From the NCBI GenBank assembly GCA_043797125.1, contig JAZDPX010000006.1:70921-134920 (forward strand): a stretch of 64,000 nucleotides of DNA, given 5' to 3'. Numbering within the stretch: the stretch's first letter is position 1; every line of letters starts with the position of its first letter. The notes below the pieces were generated by a model that saw only the letters and a list, made by a program, of their open reading frames with translations, did no database searches and was not told the DNA's origin. The position numbers and the translations under genes are program-made. Below, in pieces: positions 28,935 to 37,480 of the stretch. This stretch comes from Candidatus Omnitrophota bacterium (GTDB lineage Bacteria > Omnitrophota > Gorgyraeia > JABMRG01 > JAFGKX01).

Positions 28935-29455
28935 TTAGGTTCCTTCTCAAGATCTCTTATTCTATCCCTTAGCGCTGCTGCCTTTTCATAATCTTCCGAT
29001 CTAATAGCCTGTTGCAGTTTTTGTTTTAAGTGCTGGATCTTTTCATAGCTTGTCAACTCCTTAATTTCCTCAGGGTGTTCGGTTTCACCGCCGGCTGGCA
29101 ATGCCTTGGGCTCTTTGCCTGTATGATGGGTTGAGCCATGTATGTTCTTGAGCAAAGGCAGCAATGCCTTGTTAAATGCCATGTAACAATCGCTGCAGCC
29201 GAGCCTTCCTATTTTTCTGAAATCAGAGTAAGTCATGCCGCAGGAGGGGCATTTTAAATATTGCTCCTTTTCCTCGGCTAAGGTCGGAAAATCCACTAAA
29301 CCGGAAAGCAAATCAGCAATGCCGAAACTCTGCTGCGCCTTAATACTCTCTGCTTCCGCGCAGCTCTGGCACACATGCAGCTCGCTTGCCTCGCCGTTGA
29401 CTATTTCCGTTATGTGTATCGTGGCTTCTTTTTTATGGCATATATCGCATATCAT
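28931..29455 (-). CDS. mcsA: McsA, activator of protein-arginine kinase
   Basis: CxxC zinc fingers are present at the N-terminus and in the middle (MICDICHKK...CQSC...CPSC...CSDC). The C-terminal UVR motif reads YEKAAALRDRIRDLE. Confidence 0.8.
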   Translation of the reverse strand: MICDICHKKEATIHITEIVNGEASELHVCQSCAEAESIKAQQSFGIADLLSGLVDFPTLAEEKEQYLKCPSCGMTYSDFRKIGRLGCSDCYMAFNKALLPLLKNIHGSTHHTGKEPKALPAGGETEHPEEIKELTSYEKIQHLKQKLQQAIRSEDYEKAAALRDRIRDLEKEPK

Positions 29456-29469
29456 CGAAACTCCCTAAT

Positions 29470-29545
29470 TTGGTCCATAGTCTATGGCCAATGGTCTATA
29501 GTAAATTATCGACCATAGACTATCGACTATTGACTATCGACTAAA
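29470..29545. repeat. Family E repeat, copy 2, between ilvE and mcsA
   Basis: GGTCCATAGTCTATGGCCAATGGTCTATAGTAAATTATCGACCATAGACTATCGACTATTGACTATCGACT uses the same units. Confidence 0.7.
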
Positions 29546-30428
29546 TATCATACCTCACCCCAACCTTTTTTGTCACCTTATGAAACTCTTCCGTTAGCAT
29601 CTTCGTCATGGGCCCTGGTTTTCCCGAACCTATCTTTCTGTCATCCACCTTTACTACCGGTATAACTTCGGCCGCTGTCCCGGTGAGAAAACATTCATCT
29701 GCTTTGTAAACTTGGCCTAACTTAAATTTCTTATGGGAAAATGAGATCTTCTTTTTTCCGGCAATCCCGATAATTGTCTCACTGGTAATACCTTCTAATG
29801 CGCCTATATCATAGGGCGGGGCAAAAAGCTTACCCTCTTCGGCAATAAAAATATTATCTCCGCTGCATTCGGCAACATAGCCTCTATAATCCAGCATGAT
29901 TGCCTCTTCCGAACCGGCATTTATAGCGTCGGTTTTAGCCAATATATTATTAAGATAATTAAGGGATTTTATCCTCGGGTCCAGCGCATGGGGAAGATTT
30001 CTCCTTGTCTTGGCAGTAATAATATTCAAGCCCTTTTGATAAAATTCCTGGGGATAAAGCTTTATCTTGTCGGTTATTATAATAATACGCCCTTTTCCGC
30101 ATTTTCGAGGATCAAGCCCTAAATCACCCGTACCTCTGGTTATAATAAGCCTGATATAAGCGTCTTTTAGCTTGTTTTCTTTTAATGTTCTTATAGTTTC
30201 TTTTATTAACTCAGGCCTGTCTAAAGGTATTTTGAGCCCTATTGCCTTGGCTGATTTAAACAACCTGTCTATATGTTCGTCTAATTTAAACACAAGGCCG
30301 TCATAGGACCTTATGCCTTCAAATACGCCATCGCCGTATAATAACCCGTGGTCAAAAACAGAAACCTTGGCATCCTGCTTCTTGAAAAATTCACCGTCTA
30401 TGTAGACCTTTGGCGGCATAATATTCAA
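29541..30428 (-). CDS. ilvE: Class IV aminotransferase (branched-chain amino acid or D-amino-acid aminotransferase)
   Basis: ...FDHGLLYGDGVFEGIRSY... shows the PLP fold type IV pattern. Confidence 0.7.
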   Translation of the reverse strand: MNIMPPKVYIDGEFFKKQDAKVSVFDHGLLYGDGVFEGIRSYDGLVFKLDEHIDRLFKSAKAIGLKIPLDRPELIKETIRTLKENKLKDAYIRLIITRGTGDLGLDPRKCGKGRIIIITDKIKLYPQEFYQKGLNIITAKTRRNLPHALDPRIKSLNYLNNILAKTDAINAGSEEAIMLDYRGYVAECSGDNIFIAEEGKLFAPPYDIGALEGITSETIIGIAGKKKISFSHKKFKLGQVYKADECFLTGTAAEVIPVVKVDDRKIGSGKPGPMTKMLTEEFHKVTKKVGVRYDI

Positions 30429-30439
30429 ATCCTCTCTAG

Positions 30440-30556
30440 TGTTTAATTAAAAATTTAAAATTAAAAATGTAAAATTGCAGTTCAAAATTAAAAATTGTTT
30501 TAAATTTTGAATTTTTAATTGTAATTTTGAATTTTGCATTTTTAATTTTTAATTAT
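30440..30556. repeat. Family B AT-rich palindromic repeat, copy 2, between lolD and ilvE
   Basis: TTCAAAATTAAAAATTG ... CAATTTTTAATTTTGAA dyad centred on GTTTTAAA. It shares AAAATTGCA and TTTTAATTGTAATTTT with copy 1. Confidence 0.7.
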
Positions 30557-31274
30557 TCTCCAGCTTTCCATTAGCTAAATACTTGACATTCTTAAATAAT
30601 TTAGCATATTCACGCTCATGTGTCACTATAATAAAAGAACAATTTTTCTTACTGTTAAGCTCTTTAATCAACTCAAATACAGCCACAGAATTATCGTGGT
30701 CTAAATTACCCGTAGGCTCATCGCATAATACTATATCGGGTTTATTCATCAATGCCCTTGCTATTGCCACCCTCTGAGACTCCCCGCCTGAAAGTTGCGA
30801 CGGCCGGTGGCTGGTTCTCTTTTCGAGCCCAACCGCGCTTAAAAGCTCCTGCGCCCTTTGCTTTGGGCTTTGGGCTCTGTGCTGTGGGCTGCCTGCCCCG
30901 TATCCGAGCGAAGCGAGTGGTGCGGGGTGGGCTCCAATCAGCGCGGGCATCATAACATTTTCCAAAGCGGTAAATTCGCCAAGCAGGTTGTAAAACTGGA
31001 ATACAAATCCAATGCGTTCATTGCGTATCCTGCTTATCTTTGCATCATTCATCTTATATACAGAGGCGCCGTCTAGCAGGACCTCGCCTTTAGTCGGTGA
31101 ATCCAAAGCGCCGAGTATATGAAGCAGCGTGGACTTGCCGCAGCCTGATGGCCCGAATACCAGCATTATCTCGCCGGCACAAAGAGAAAGATCTATTCCG
31201 TTCAATACATGCAACTTGCGGCTTCCGTCCTGATATACCCTGTGCACGTTTTTCGCGGCTAAAATTTCACTCAT
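30549..31274 (-). CDS. lolD: Lipoprotein-releasing ABC transporter ATPase LolD; carries an in-frame repeat-derived insertion
   Basis: Walker A (GPSGCGKST), signature (LSGGESQRVA) and Walker B are present. The insertion GAHPAPLASLGYGAGSPQHRAQSPKQ is encoded by the heptamer tract plus family-F hairpin at about 30858-30945. Confidence 0.8.
   Translation of the reverse strand: MSEILAAKNVHRVYQDGSRKLHVLNGIDLSLCAGEIMLVFGPSGCGKSTLLHILGALDSPTKGEVLLDGASVYKMNDAKISRIRNERIGFVFQFYNLLGEFTALENVMMPALIGAHPAPLASLGYGAGSPQHRAQSPKQRAQELLSAVGLEKRTSHRPSQLSGGESQRVAIARALMNKPDIVLCDEPTGNLDHDNSVAVFELIKELNSKKNCSFIIVTHEREYAKLFKNVKYLANGKLENN
30858..30947. repeat. Heptamer tract plus family F hairpin inserted in-frame in lolD
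   Basis: CTTTGGGCTTTGGGCTCTGTGCTGTGGGCTGCCTGCCCCGTATCCGAGCGAAGCGAGTGGTGCGGGGTGGGCTCC. The GCTGCCTGCCCCG...GGTGCGGGGTGGGCTC part matches the cysS insertion. Confidence 0.7.
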
Positions 31275-32445
31275 ATTTTAAAGCCTGAACAGGGTCTAAT
31301 CTTGATGCCTGATAAGCAGGGTATACAGAAGCCAACAGGCTGATTATCAATGCTGCCAGCGCTATTACAACAGAATCAAGAATATTAAACTTTACCGGTA
31401 TGTAATCTATATAATATATATCGGGCGGCAGCTTAAAAAATTCCTTTAATAAAAATGATACTCCAACGCCTCCCAGAAACCCGAGGCCCGTGCCTATCGA
31501 TCCGATAATAAGGCCCTGCAATGAAAATATTGCGAGAATCCCCTTCTTGGACGCGCCTATGGATTTTAATATGCCTATATCCTTGGCCTTTTCAAGCACC
31601 ATCATAACCAGCACAGCCACTATACTAAAACACGCGACAACAACTATCAACGTCAATATCACAAACATGGCAAGCTTCTCAAGCTTTATAGCGGAAAATA
31701 AATTTCTATTTCTATCAGCCCATGTGGTTATGGAAAAATTCCCCTTCAATGATTCTTGCAGCGCGCGCTTTATCTTATCACAATTTGCCGGCAACAGACA
31801 ATCAACGCCAATACCGCTTACAACTGCCTTTCCTTCAAATATGGCGGACATTTTATTTAAGCCTATATACGCGATATTGGAATCATAATCATACATGCCT
31901 GATTTAAATATCCCGGTCACCTTTATCTTTTTAGGCCCGTTTGACTCCGGAGTGACCAAAACAACTTCATCGTCAATATAAACACCCAGCAAAGACGCTA
32001 TTTCGCTTCCCATTATCAGGCCGTCTTCGATATCAGCATCAGCTGCGGAAGATACAATGTGAGGCAACAGCTTCGAAGCGTCAATCTCATTTTTGGTATC
32101 CACGCTTCTTAATACAATGCCCCTTTTCCTGTTGCGAAACTCTACTATCCCCTGGCTCCATATATATGGGAAAGAACCTTTAACGCCTTCTATGCTGTTT
32201 ATCGCCTCTGACAAACCCTGCGGATTCTGTATTCCAAACTCGCTTTCAATAAAAATATGCGGATTTGAACCTATTACCCGCGCCTGCAATTCGCTGCTAA
32301 ACCCGCTCATAACAGCTAAAGTGGCTATTAACGCGCCTACTCCGACAGCAACTCCCAGAATAGAGATAATCGTGATTATAGAAATAAATTTTTCTTTGCG
32401 TCTGGTGAACAGGTAACGCAGCGCTATAAAAAGTTCGTATCGCAT
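31267..32445 (-). CDS. lolE: LolC/LolE lipoprotein-releasing permease with FtsX-like and MacB periplasmic domains
   Basis: Four-TM topology with a large periplasmic loop; it is adjacent to lolD. Confidence 0.75.
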   Translation of the reverse strand: MRYELFIALRYLFTRRKEKFISIITIISILGVAVGVGALIATLAVMSGFSSELQARVIGSNPHIFIESEFGIQNPQGLSEAINSIEGVKGSFPYIWSQGIVEFRNRKRGIVLRSVDTKNEIDASKLLPHIVSSAADADIEDGLIMGSEIASLLGVYIDDEVVLVTPESNGPKKIKVTGIFKSGMYDYDSNIAYIGLNKMSAIFEGKAVVSGIGVDCLLPANCDKIKRALQESLKGNFSITTWADRNRNLFSAIKLEKLAMFVILTLIVVVACFSIVAVLVMMVLEKAKDIGILKSIGASKKGILAIFSLQGLIIGSIGTGLGFLGGVGVSFLLKEFFKLPPDIYYIDYIPVKFNILDSVVIALAALIISLLASVYPAYQASRLDPVQALKYE

Positions 32446-33881
32446 TATTCCGGCTTAAGCTGCGGGAATAAAATAACTTCCCTGATTGATTCCTCGCCTG
32501 TAAAAATCATTACAAGCCTGTCAATTCCGATACCCAGGCCGCCTGCAGGGGGCATGCCGTATTCTAGCGCCCTTACATAATCCTCATCCACCATGCCTTC
32601 GGGCTCAACTTCAAGCTGTTGTTGGAATCTTCGTTTTTGCTGAATAGGGTCATTTAATTCAGAATACGCATTCGCCACTTCCATGCCTCCCATGTAAAGT
32701 TCAAACCGCTCGGATATGGCGGGGTTGTCTTTTCTTGTCTTGGCAAGCGGGCAAAGTTCGCTGTAATAATCTATAACAAATGTCGGCTTGTTGCTCGCCT
32801 GGTCTTCCTTGGGCTCTAATACATCGCCGATTATATTTATAAGTTTTGTCCTGCTTATGTCGCCTTCTTCAACTTCAATGCCTTTTGCCTTTAACTTCTT
32901 TGCCCAGCTTGTGTGTTCGTCCTGCGGGGTGATTCCGAAATTTTCCTTCATCACCTGCGCGAATGAAACTCTTCTCCATGGCGGAGTAAGATCAATTGTT
33001 TTGCCTTTATATGATATTTCAAGCGTGCCTAATAATTCCTTTGCAAGGAAACTTATGAGTGTTTCAGTAAGCTGTATGATGTCATTATAATCTGCATAAG
33101 CTGTGTATGCCTCGAGCATTGTAAATTCAGGATTATGCCTGGGGGAGATACCCTCGTTTCTGAATGATTTGTTTATCTCGTAAACCTTATCCATCCCTCC
33201 GACTAAAAGCCTTTTTAAGTATAACTCCGGAGCTATTCTCATAAACAGGTCTATATCGTAAATATTATGGCGCGTCTTAAACGGCCTTCCGGCAGCTCCT
33301 CCCGGTATAGGATGAAGAATCGGCGTTTCAACTTCCAGGTATCCTCTTTCGTCAAAAAATGAGCGCATCTTATTTATAAGCTTGCTGCGCAATAAAAAAA
33401 TCTCTCTTGTCTTTTCATTTGCAATAAGGTCCAAATACCTTTGCCTGTACCTTGCCTCAAGATCTTTTAGCCCGTGCCACTTTTCCGGCAACGGGCGCAA
33501 TGCCTTCGCCAGCACTGTAAATGAAAGCGCGTTTATGGTGATCTCGCCCCTTTGAGTCTTAAAAGCCTCGCCGTTAACGCCGATTATATCGCCTATATCC
33601 ATCTCCTTAACCTGGTTAAAAAGCTCATCACCTATGATGTTTTTCCTAAAATAAAGCTGTATTTTACCGGTAAAGTCTTTTATGTCGCAGAACATGCTCC
33701 CGCCATGAGCCCTTATGGTGGTAACCCTGCCTGCTGTTGAGAACCTTTTGCCTTCTTCATACGCGTCAGCCGTGGCTTTTATAGTCAGCGGTTTGTCATA
33801 TTTATAGGCATAGGGCAGAACGCCTGCCTTCTCCATGGCCTTAATCTTATCCAGTCTTATATTTAATATATCATCTTCCAT
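32445..33881 (-). CDS. lysS: Lysyl-tRNA synthetase (class II)
   Basis: An OB-fold anticodon-binding N-terminus is followed by class II motifs (...FRNEGISPRHNPEFTMLEAY...GGLGIGIDRL). Confidence 0.9.
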   Translation of the reverse strand: MEDDILNIRLDKIKAMEKAGVLPYAYKYDKPLTIKATADAYEEGKRFSTAGRVTTIRAHGGSMFCDIKDFTGKIQLYFRKNIIGDELFNQVKEMDIGDIIGVNGEAFKTQRGEITINALSFTVLAKALRPLPEKWHGLKDLEARYRQRYLDLIANEKTREIFLLRSKLINKMRSFFDERGYLEVETPILHPIPGGAAGRPFKTRHNIYDIDLFMRIAPELYLKRLLVGGMDKVYEINKSFRNEGISPRHNPEFTMLEAYTAYADYNDIIQLTETLISFLAKELLGTLEISYKGKTIDLTPPWRRVSFAQVMKENFGITPQDEHTSWAKKLKAKGIEVEEGDISRTKLINIIGDVLEPKEDQASNKPTFVIDYYSELCPLAKTRKDNPAISERFELYMGGMEVANAYSELNDPIQQKRRFQQQLEVEPEGMVDEDYVRALEYGMPPAGGLGIGIDRLVMIFTGEESIREVILFPQLKPE

Positions 33882-33957
33882 AATATTGCACCTTTTTGGT
33901 TTAACATATAAGGCGTATTATATAGTAATACTATTACACTGTCAATTGTAATTCGTG

Positions 33958-34626
33958 TTACTCTTTTGCTATTTTTTGGGCTAAGTTATAGAGGGCGGTG
34001 TTTGCTAAAGCTAAAACTTTCTTTTTAACACGGCGGGAAAAATACTCGCGCTCTGTCTTTGTAAATTTTTCTCCTTTAAGCCTTTTCAGAAACAGCTCTT
34101 TTTGTTTCTTTGAAAACAGCTGCGATAAAGCATATTCAAGGTCAAACTCATCCTTCATTTGCGTATATTCTGTCAAACTGGCTTTTTTCTCCTTAAAGTA
34201 GCTTTCAAAAACATTAACTACTCTTACCGAAGACAGTTTCAATGTCGTCCCTTTTAAGTCATCTTTGCTCTTAAAGCTTTTAAGAAATGCCTCAAATGCC
34301 TTTTTGTTAAAAAAATCCATATTATACAACTGATCGACAAAAGACAATTTTAACCCCAGATAATCATACAGCGCAAGCGACATAACAACTAAGCCTTCAA
34401 AACTGCTTTTTTCAGGCTTTGCCTTTAAATATTTTTTGGCCGCTGTGTAATCGAAGAGCCCTTTTTCCATGCTGTTTACAAGCAACAACGGAAAACCTTC
34501 ATGCAGGCGGGAGTCTTTGCTCTTTACAACTTCCGCCAATGTCTTATTCGCATTGGTGGTTTCCCATTTTCCCAGCAAAGGATATCCTAATTCTCTCAAG
34601 TTTTTTAATAGCTCTTGCTTTTTCAT
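33958..34626 (-). CDS. Hypothetical protein; probable partner of the upstream nucleotidyltransferase in a two-gene module
   Basis: 222 aa, Lys-rich, with a 4-bp overlap with the NTase gene. No recognisable catalytic motif. Confidence 0.35.
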   Translation of the reverse strand: MKKQELLKNLRELGYPLLGKWETTNANKTLAEVVKSKDSRLHEGFPLLLVNSMEKGLFDYTAAKKYLKAKPEKSSFEGLVVMSLALYDYLGLKLSFVDQLYNMDFFNKKAFEAFLKSFKSKDDLKGTTLKLSSVRVVNVFESYFKEKKASLTEYTQMKDEFDLEYALSQLFSKKQKELFLKRLKGEKFTKTEREYFSRRVKKKVLALANTALYNLAQKIAKE

Positions 34627-35207
34627 ATATTAAACCCCTCTTTTTCTAAAATATGCAAAAAAAGCCTGAAATTCCTTTTATTCCTTTCATCAGAAACATC
34701 ATAGGAAGAGGTTTCATAAAATCTTTCTTTTAATTTCTCGATATCTATCTCTTTGCGCTTGGCTTTAAATAAAACCAAGCAATCTTCCATATCCACAGAA
34801 GTAAATCTAAAAATTTTACTTATCAGTAAATCGTAATAATTCAAAATCCCTAAATATATATACGAAAACTCTTTAAATAAAGTATTGTTGCCCTCTTCCA
34901 ACGAAGATTCAAGTAGTTCTGTTGTAAATATTTTCTTTCCAACAAATAAATCGAACTCAAAACCCTTACCCCTTCTCCACGATGTGCCGGTTTTCGGTTC
35001 ATACCCTAATCCTTCTAAGGCTTTTATCAAATATTTATACTCTGCTTCATCAGGTATAAGAAAATCAACGTCTTTCGTAGATTCCTTTAGATCCAATAAA
35101 GTCAGCGCTGTCCCGCCGCACGCTACAAGACACACCTTTCTCTTTATATGGCTATTCCATATAGAGAGTATATCCAGTAGTTGTGCCTTGTCTATTCTAT
35201 ATTCCAT
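34623..35207 (-). CDS. Nucleotidyltransferase, AbiEii/DUF1814-like
   Basis: ...VCLVACGGTALTLLDLKESTKDVDFLIPDE resembles the GGTAL ... DxD NTase motif. TACAA/TTGTA palindromes lie directly upstream. Confidence 0.45.
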   Translation of the reverse strand: MEYRIDKAQLLDILSIWNSHIKRKVCLVACGGTALTLLDLKESTKDVDFLIPDEAEYKYLIKALEGLGYEPKTGTSWRRGKGFEFDLFVGKKIFTTELLESSLEEGNNTLFKEFSYIYLGILNYYDLLISKIFRFTSVDMEDCLVLFKAKRKEIDIEKLKERFYETSSYDVSDERNKRNFRLFLHILEKEGFNI

Positions 35208-35213
35208 ATTATA

Positions 35214-35250
35214 TACAATTTATTGTATCTATTTATACAACTCCTTGTAT
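35214..35250. promoter_or_regulatory. Tandem palindromic operator-like sites (TACAATTTATTGTA; ATACAACTCCTTGTAT) upstream of the AbiEii-like NTase gene
   Basis: Two TACAA…TTGTA dyads lie within 45 bp of the start codon at 35207. Confidence 0.5.
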
Positions 35251-35319
35251 TTAAATATACAACACAAGCACCAAAAAGTCAAGGGTTTTCTATGCTCTAT
35301 GCACTATGCTCTTTGCTGA

Positions 35320-37437
35320 TTACGCTGCCTGGTCTAAGGCCTGGAGGGATTTTTTCTCTTTTATCTGCTCGAGGACATTAAGGAAAGATGCCTTTGTATC
35401 AATTTCATACTGCTTTTTGAATTTGATTTTCTGGAGCGTATCAACTAATTTTTGCGGCAGTTTATCCGCTTGTTCCTTCAAATCTATCCATTCAAGGGTT
35501 TTTAAATAATATTTATATAACTTGGAATCCTCGGACGTAATATCTCCATGGAGAACTTTCGTAATTTCAGAATCTTCAAAATCATCCGCTGTTAAATCTT
35601 TATAAATATATCCTGTGTTTCCGTCAAGCGTAATAGCCTCTCCCGCATTAAGTCTTGCGATTTCTTTTTTGTCATTATCTTGTATACTAAGGATGCCTTT
35701 TTCTGGTATCTCTCCGTATAACACAACATAAGGTATTCGTTTATTACTCTTTCTAATACCCTCTGCTACGTGGTCAAAGAGCCCCCCCCTCAAAGATATA
35801 ATTCCCGGAATATTATATTTCAAAATGCGTTCCTGGTATGGACCGATCATTGCTTCTGCTATGTGTGCGGTTACGTCTCTGCCGCTGCTTTCGGCTTCAT
35901 TAATCAAAAGCATTAAACAAATATGATCAGGTAATAAATCCATTCCCTCATTCTTTTTCGCGCCAATTCCTTCAAAAGGGTTTGGAATAACCGGGATGCA
36001 GCCTTTTAATAGTAATTCGTTTCTATCATCTCCTATGCTAACCTCAGCGGTCGCTATGCCCGGAAAAAGCGACGCGCCCCAAGCGATTGCCTTACCCTGA
36101 CTTTCTTTTTTAACAACAGGCTGCTCAAAGTAACTCTTAAGCCACTCCAAATCAGCTAATGAGATTTTTTCAAAAGCCTCTGATTCGTTCAGTATGCCTT
36201 CTTCTGCTAAATCAACTAAAGTGCGCGCTTGCGCCAATGGCGTTGTTGTATCCAAAGCATCTCGTGTCTGAACAATCCATAATTTGCCGGCAGATACAAC
36301 TATTTCAACATGCTGAATGCTCTTTTGATGTGCTTCTAATATTTTTATATAATTCAGGAGTTGTTTATAAATTTCAGGATGGCTATTTTCTAAATCCTTA
36401 TATTGCTTTTCTATTTCTCGTCTTACTCCTCTGGCCCCGTCTCCTAACTCAGCATATGGGGTAACGATAGAACTTCCGTCTACTGCAAATTCATAGTTTC
36501 CAACAATCCCCGGCTCTCCTGTAAAAGGGCTTCTGGTGCATAAGACGCCGCTTAACGACTTACCATCGTTTATATTGCCGAAAACCTGCCATTGGACATT
36601 AATTCCTCCTGTCAACTCATCGGTGTCCGTGTATATAAATGTATACTTGCCCCTGTTTTTTGTATATGAATTAGCGACCGCTGTTATTGCCTCTTTTAAT
36701 TGCTGCTTTGGATCCGAGAAATCGTGTTTAGTCATCTTTTTATATTCTTCTTCCACTTTTAATAATACCTCTTGTAATTTTTCAAAATTGATACGTTTTT
36801 TAAGCCCTTTACAAGCAGCGCAATTTAAATCACTATAATAGATTTTGTTGTTAGTTAATATTTTAAAAATTGAATCCGATTCTCTGTGGTTATCAACACA
36901 ACTTATGTAATCATAAATATATCTGATATATTCCAAATATGCCTGGTAACGGTCTCCTAATATCTGCGCATATGCATCAATATTGCTTCTATGCAGCCCT
37001 ACTTTATTTATTGTACGATATTCACCTGGTTTTGATTTTACAGCGCCCGCCCTGACTGCCAAAAGCATAAAATTATCCGAAGAACCATATTTTAATTTTT
37101 TACCTTCTTGCCGGGATGCTTTTTCCTCAATCCTTACCAGCCCACTTTCTATGTGTGGCCATAATGCTTGGTTAATTTCGTGATTTTCAATAATATCTTC
37201 TACCTCTTCATACGGTATCGTAAAACCCGCAGGCACAGGAAGCCCTAGATTAGTCATCTCCGCCAAATTAGCGCCTTTATTCCCTAAAATGTCCTTCATG
37301 TCTATTGAGCCGTCTGTATGGTCGCCGCCAAAATCATAGACGCGCTTGCCGCATTCTTCTGCTATCGGGCGCAAGGCATAACCCGGCTGAGACATCGCCA
37401 ACACAATCACTATTAATATCGTTATTATTTTTCTCAT
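35320..37437 (-). CDS. Signal-peptide-bearing PPDK/PEP-synthase-like dikinase (ATP-grasp plus phosphohistidine swivel domain) that lacks the PEP/pyruvate TIM-barrel domain; LRP motif family
   Basis: The N-terminus is MRKIITILIVIVLAMSQPGYALRPIAE. GNKGANLAEMTNLGLPVPAGFTI, AVRAGA...KPG and INVQWQVFGN match PPDK N-terminal motifs. RGGLFDHVAEG...AITLDGNTGYIY matches the PPDK phosphohistidine segment, with the His retained. The protein ends about 80 aa later. Confidence 0.6.
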   Translation of the reverse strand: MRKIITILIVIVLAMSQPGYALRPIAEECGKRVYDFGGDHTDGSIDMKDILGNKGANLAEMTNLGLPVPAGFTIPYEEVEDIIENHEINQALWPHIESGLVRIEEKASRQEGKKLKYGSSDNFMLLAVRAGAVKSKPGEYRTINKVGLHRSNIDAYAQILGDRYQAYLEYIRYIYDYISCVDNHRESDSIFKILTNNKIYYSDLNCAACKGLKKRINFEKLQEVLLKVEEEYKKMTKHDFSDPKQQLKEAITAVANSYTKNRGKYTFIYTDTDELTGGINVQWQVFGNINDGKSLSGVLCTRSPFTGEPGIVGNYEFAVDGSSIVTPYAELGDGARGVRREIEKQYKDLENSHPEIYKQLLNYIKILEAHQKSIQHVEIVVSAGKLWIVQTRDALDTTTPLAQARTLVDLAEEGILNESEAFEKISLADLEWLKSYFEQPVVKKESQGKAIAWGASLFPGIATAEVSIGDDRNELLLKGCIPVIPNPFEGIGAKKNEGMDLLPDHICLMLLINEAESSGRDVTAHIAEAMIGPYQERILKYNIPGIISLRGGLFDHVAEGIRKSNKRIPYVVLYGEIPEKGILSIQDNDKKEIARLNAGEAITLDGNTGYIYKDLTADDFEDSEITKVLHGDITSEDSKLYKYYLKTLEWIDLKEQADKLPQKLVDTLQKIKFKKQYEIDTKASFLNVLEQIKEKKSLQALDQAA

Positions 37438-37480
37438 GTTAATCTGGCCTTTCTAACCAGGTTGGATAATACAAACAATA

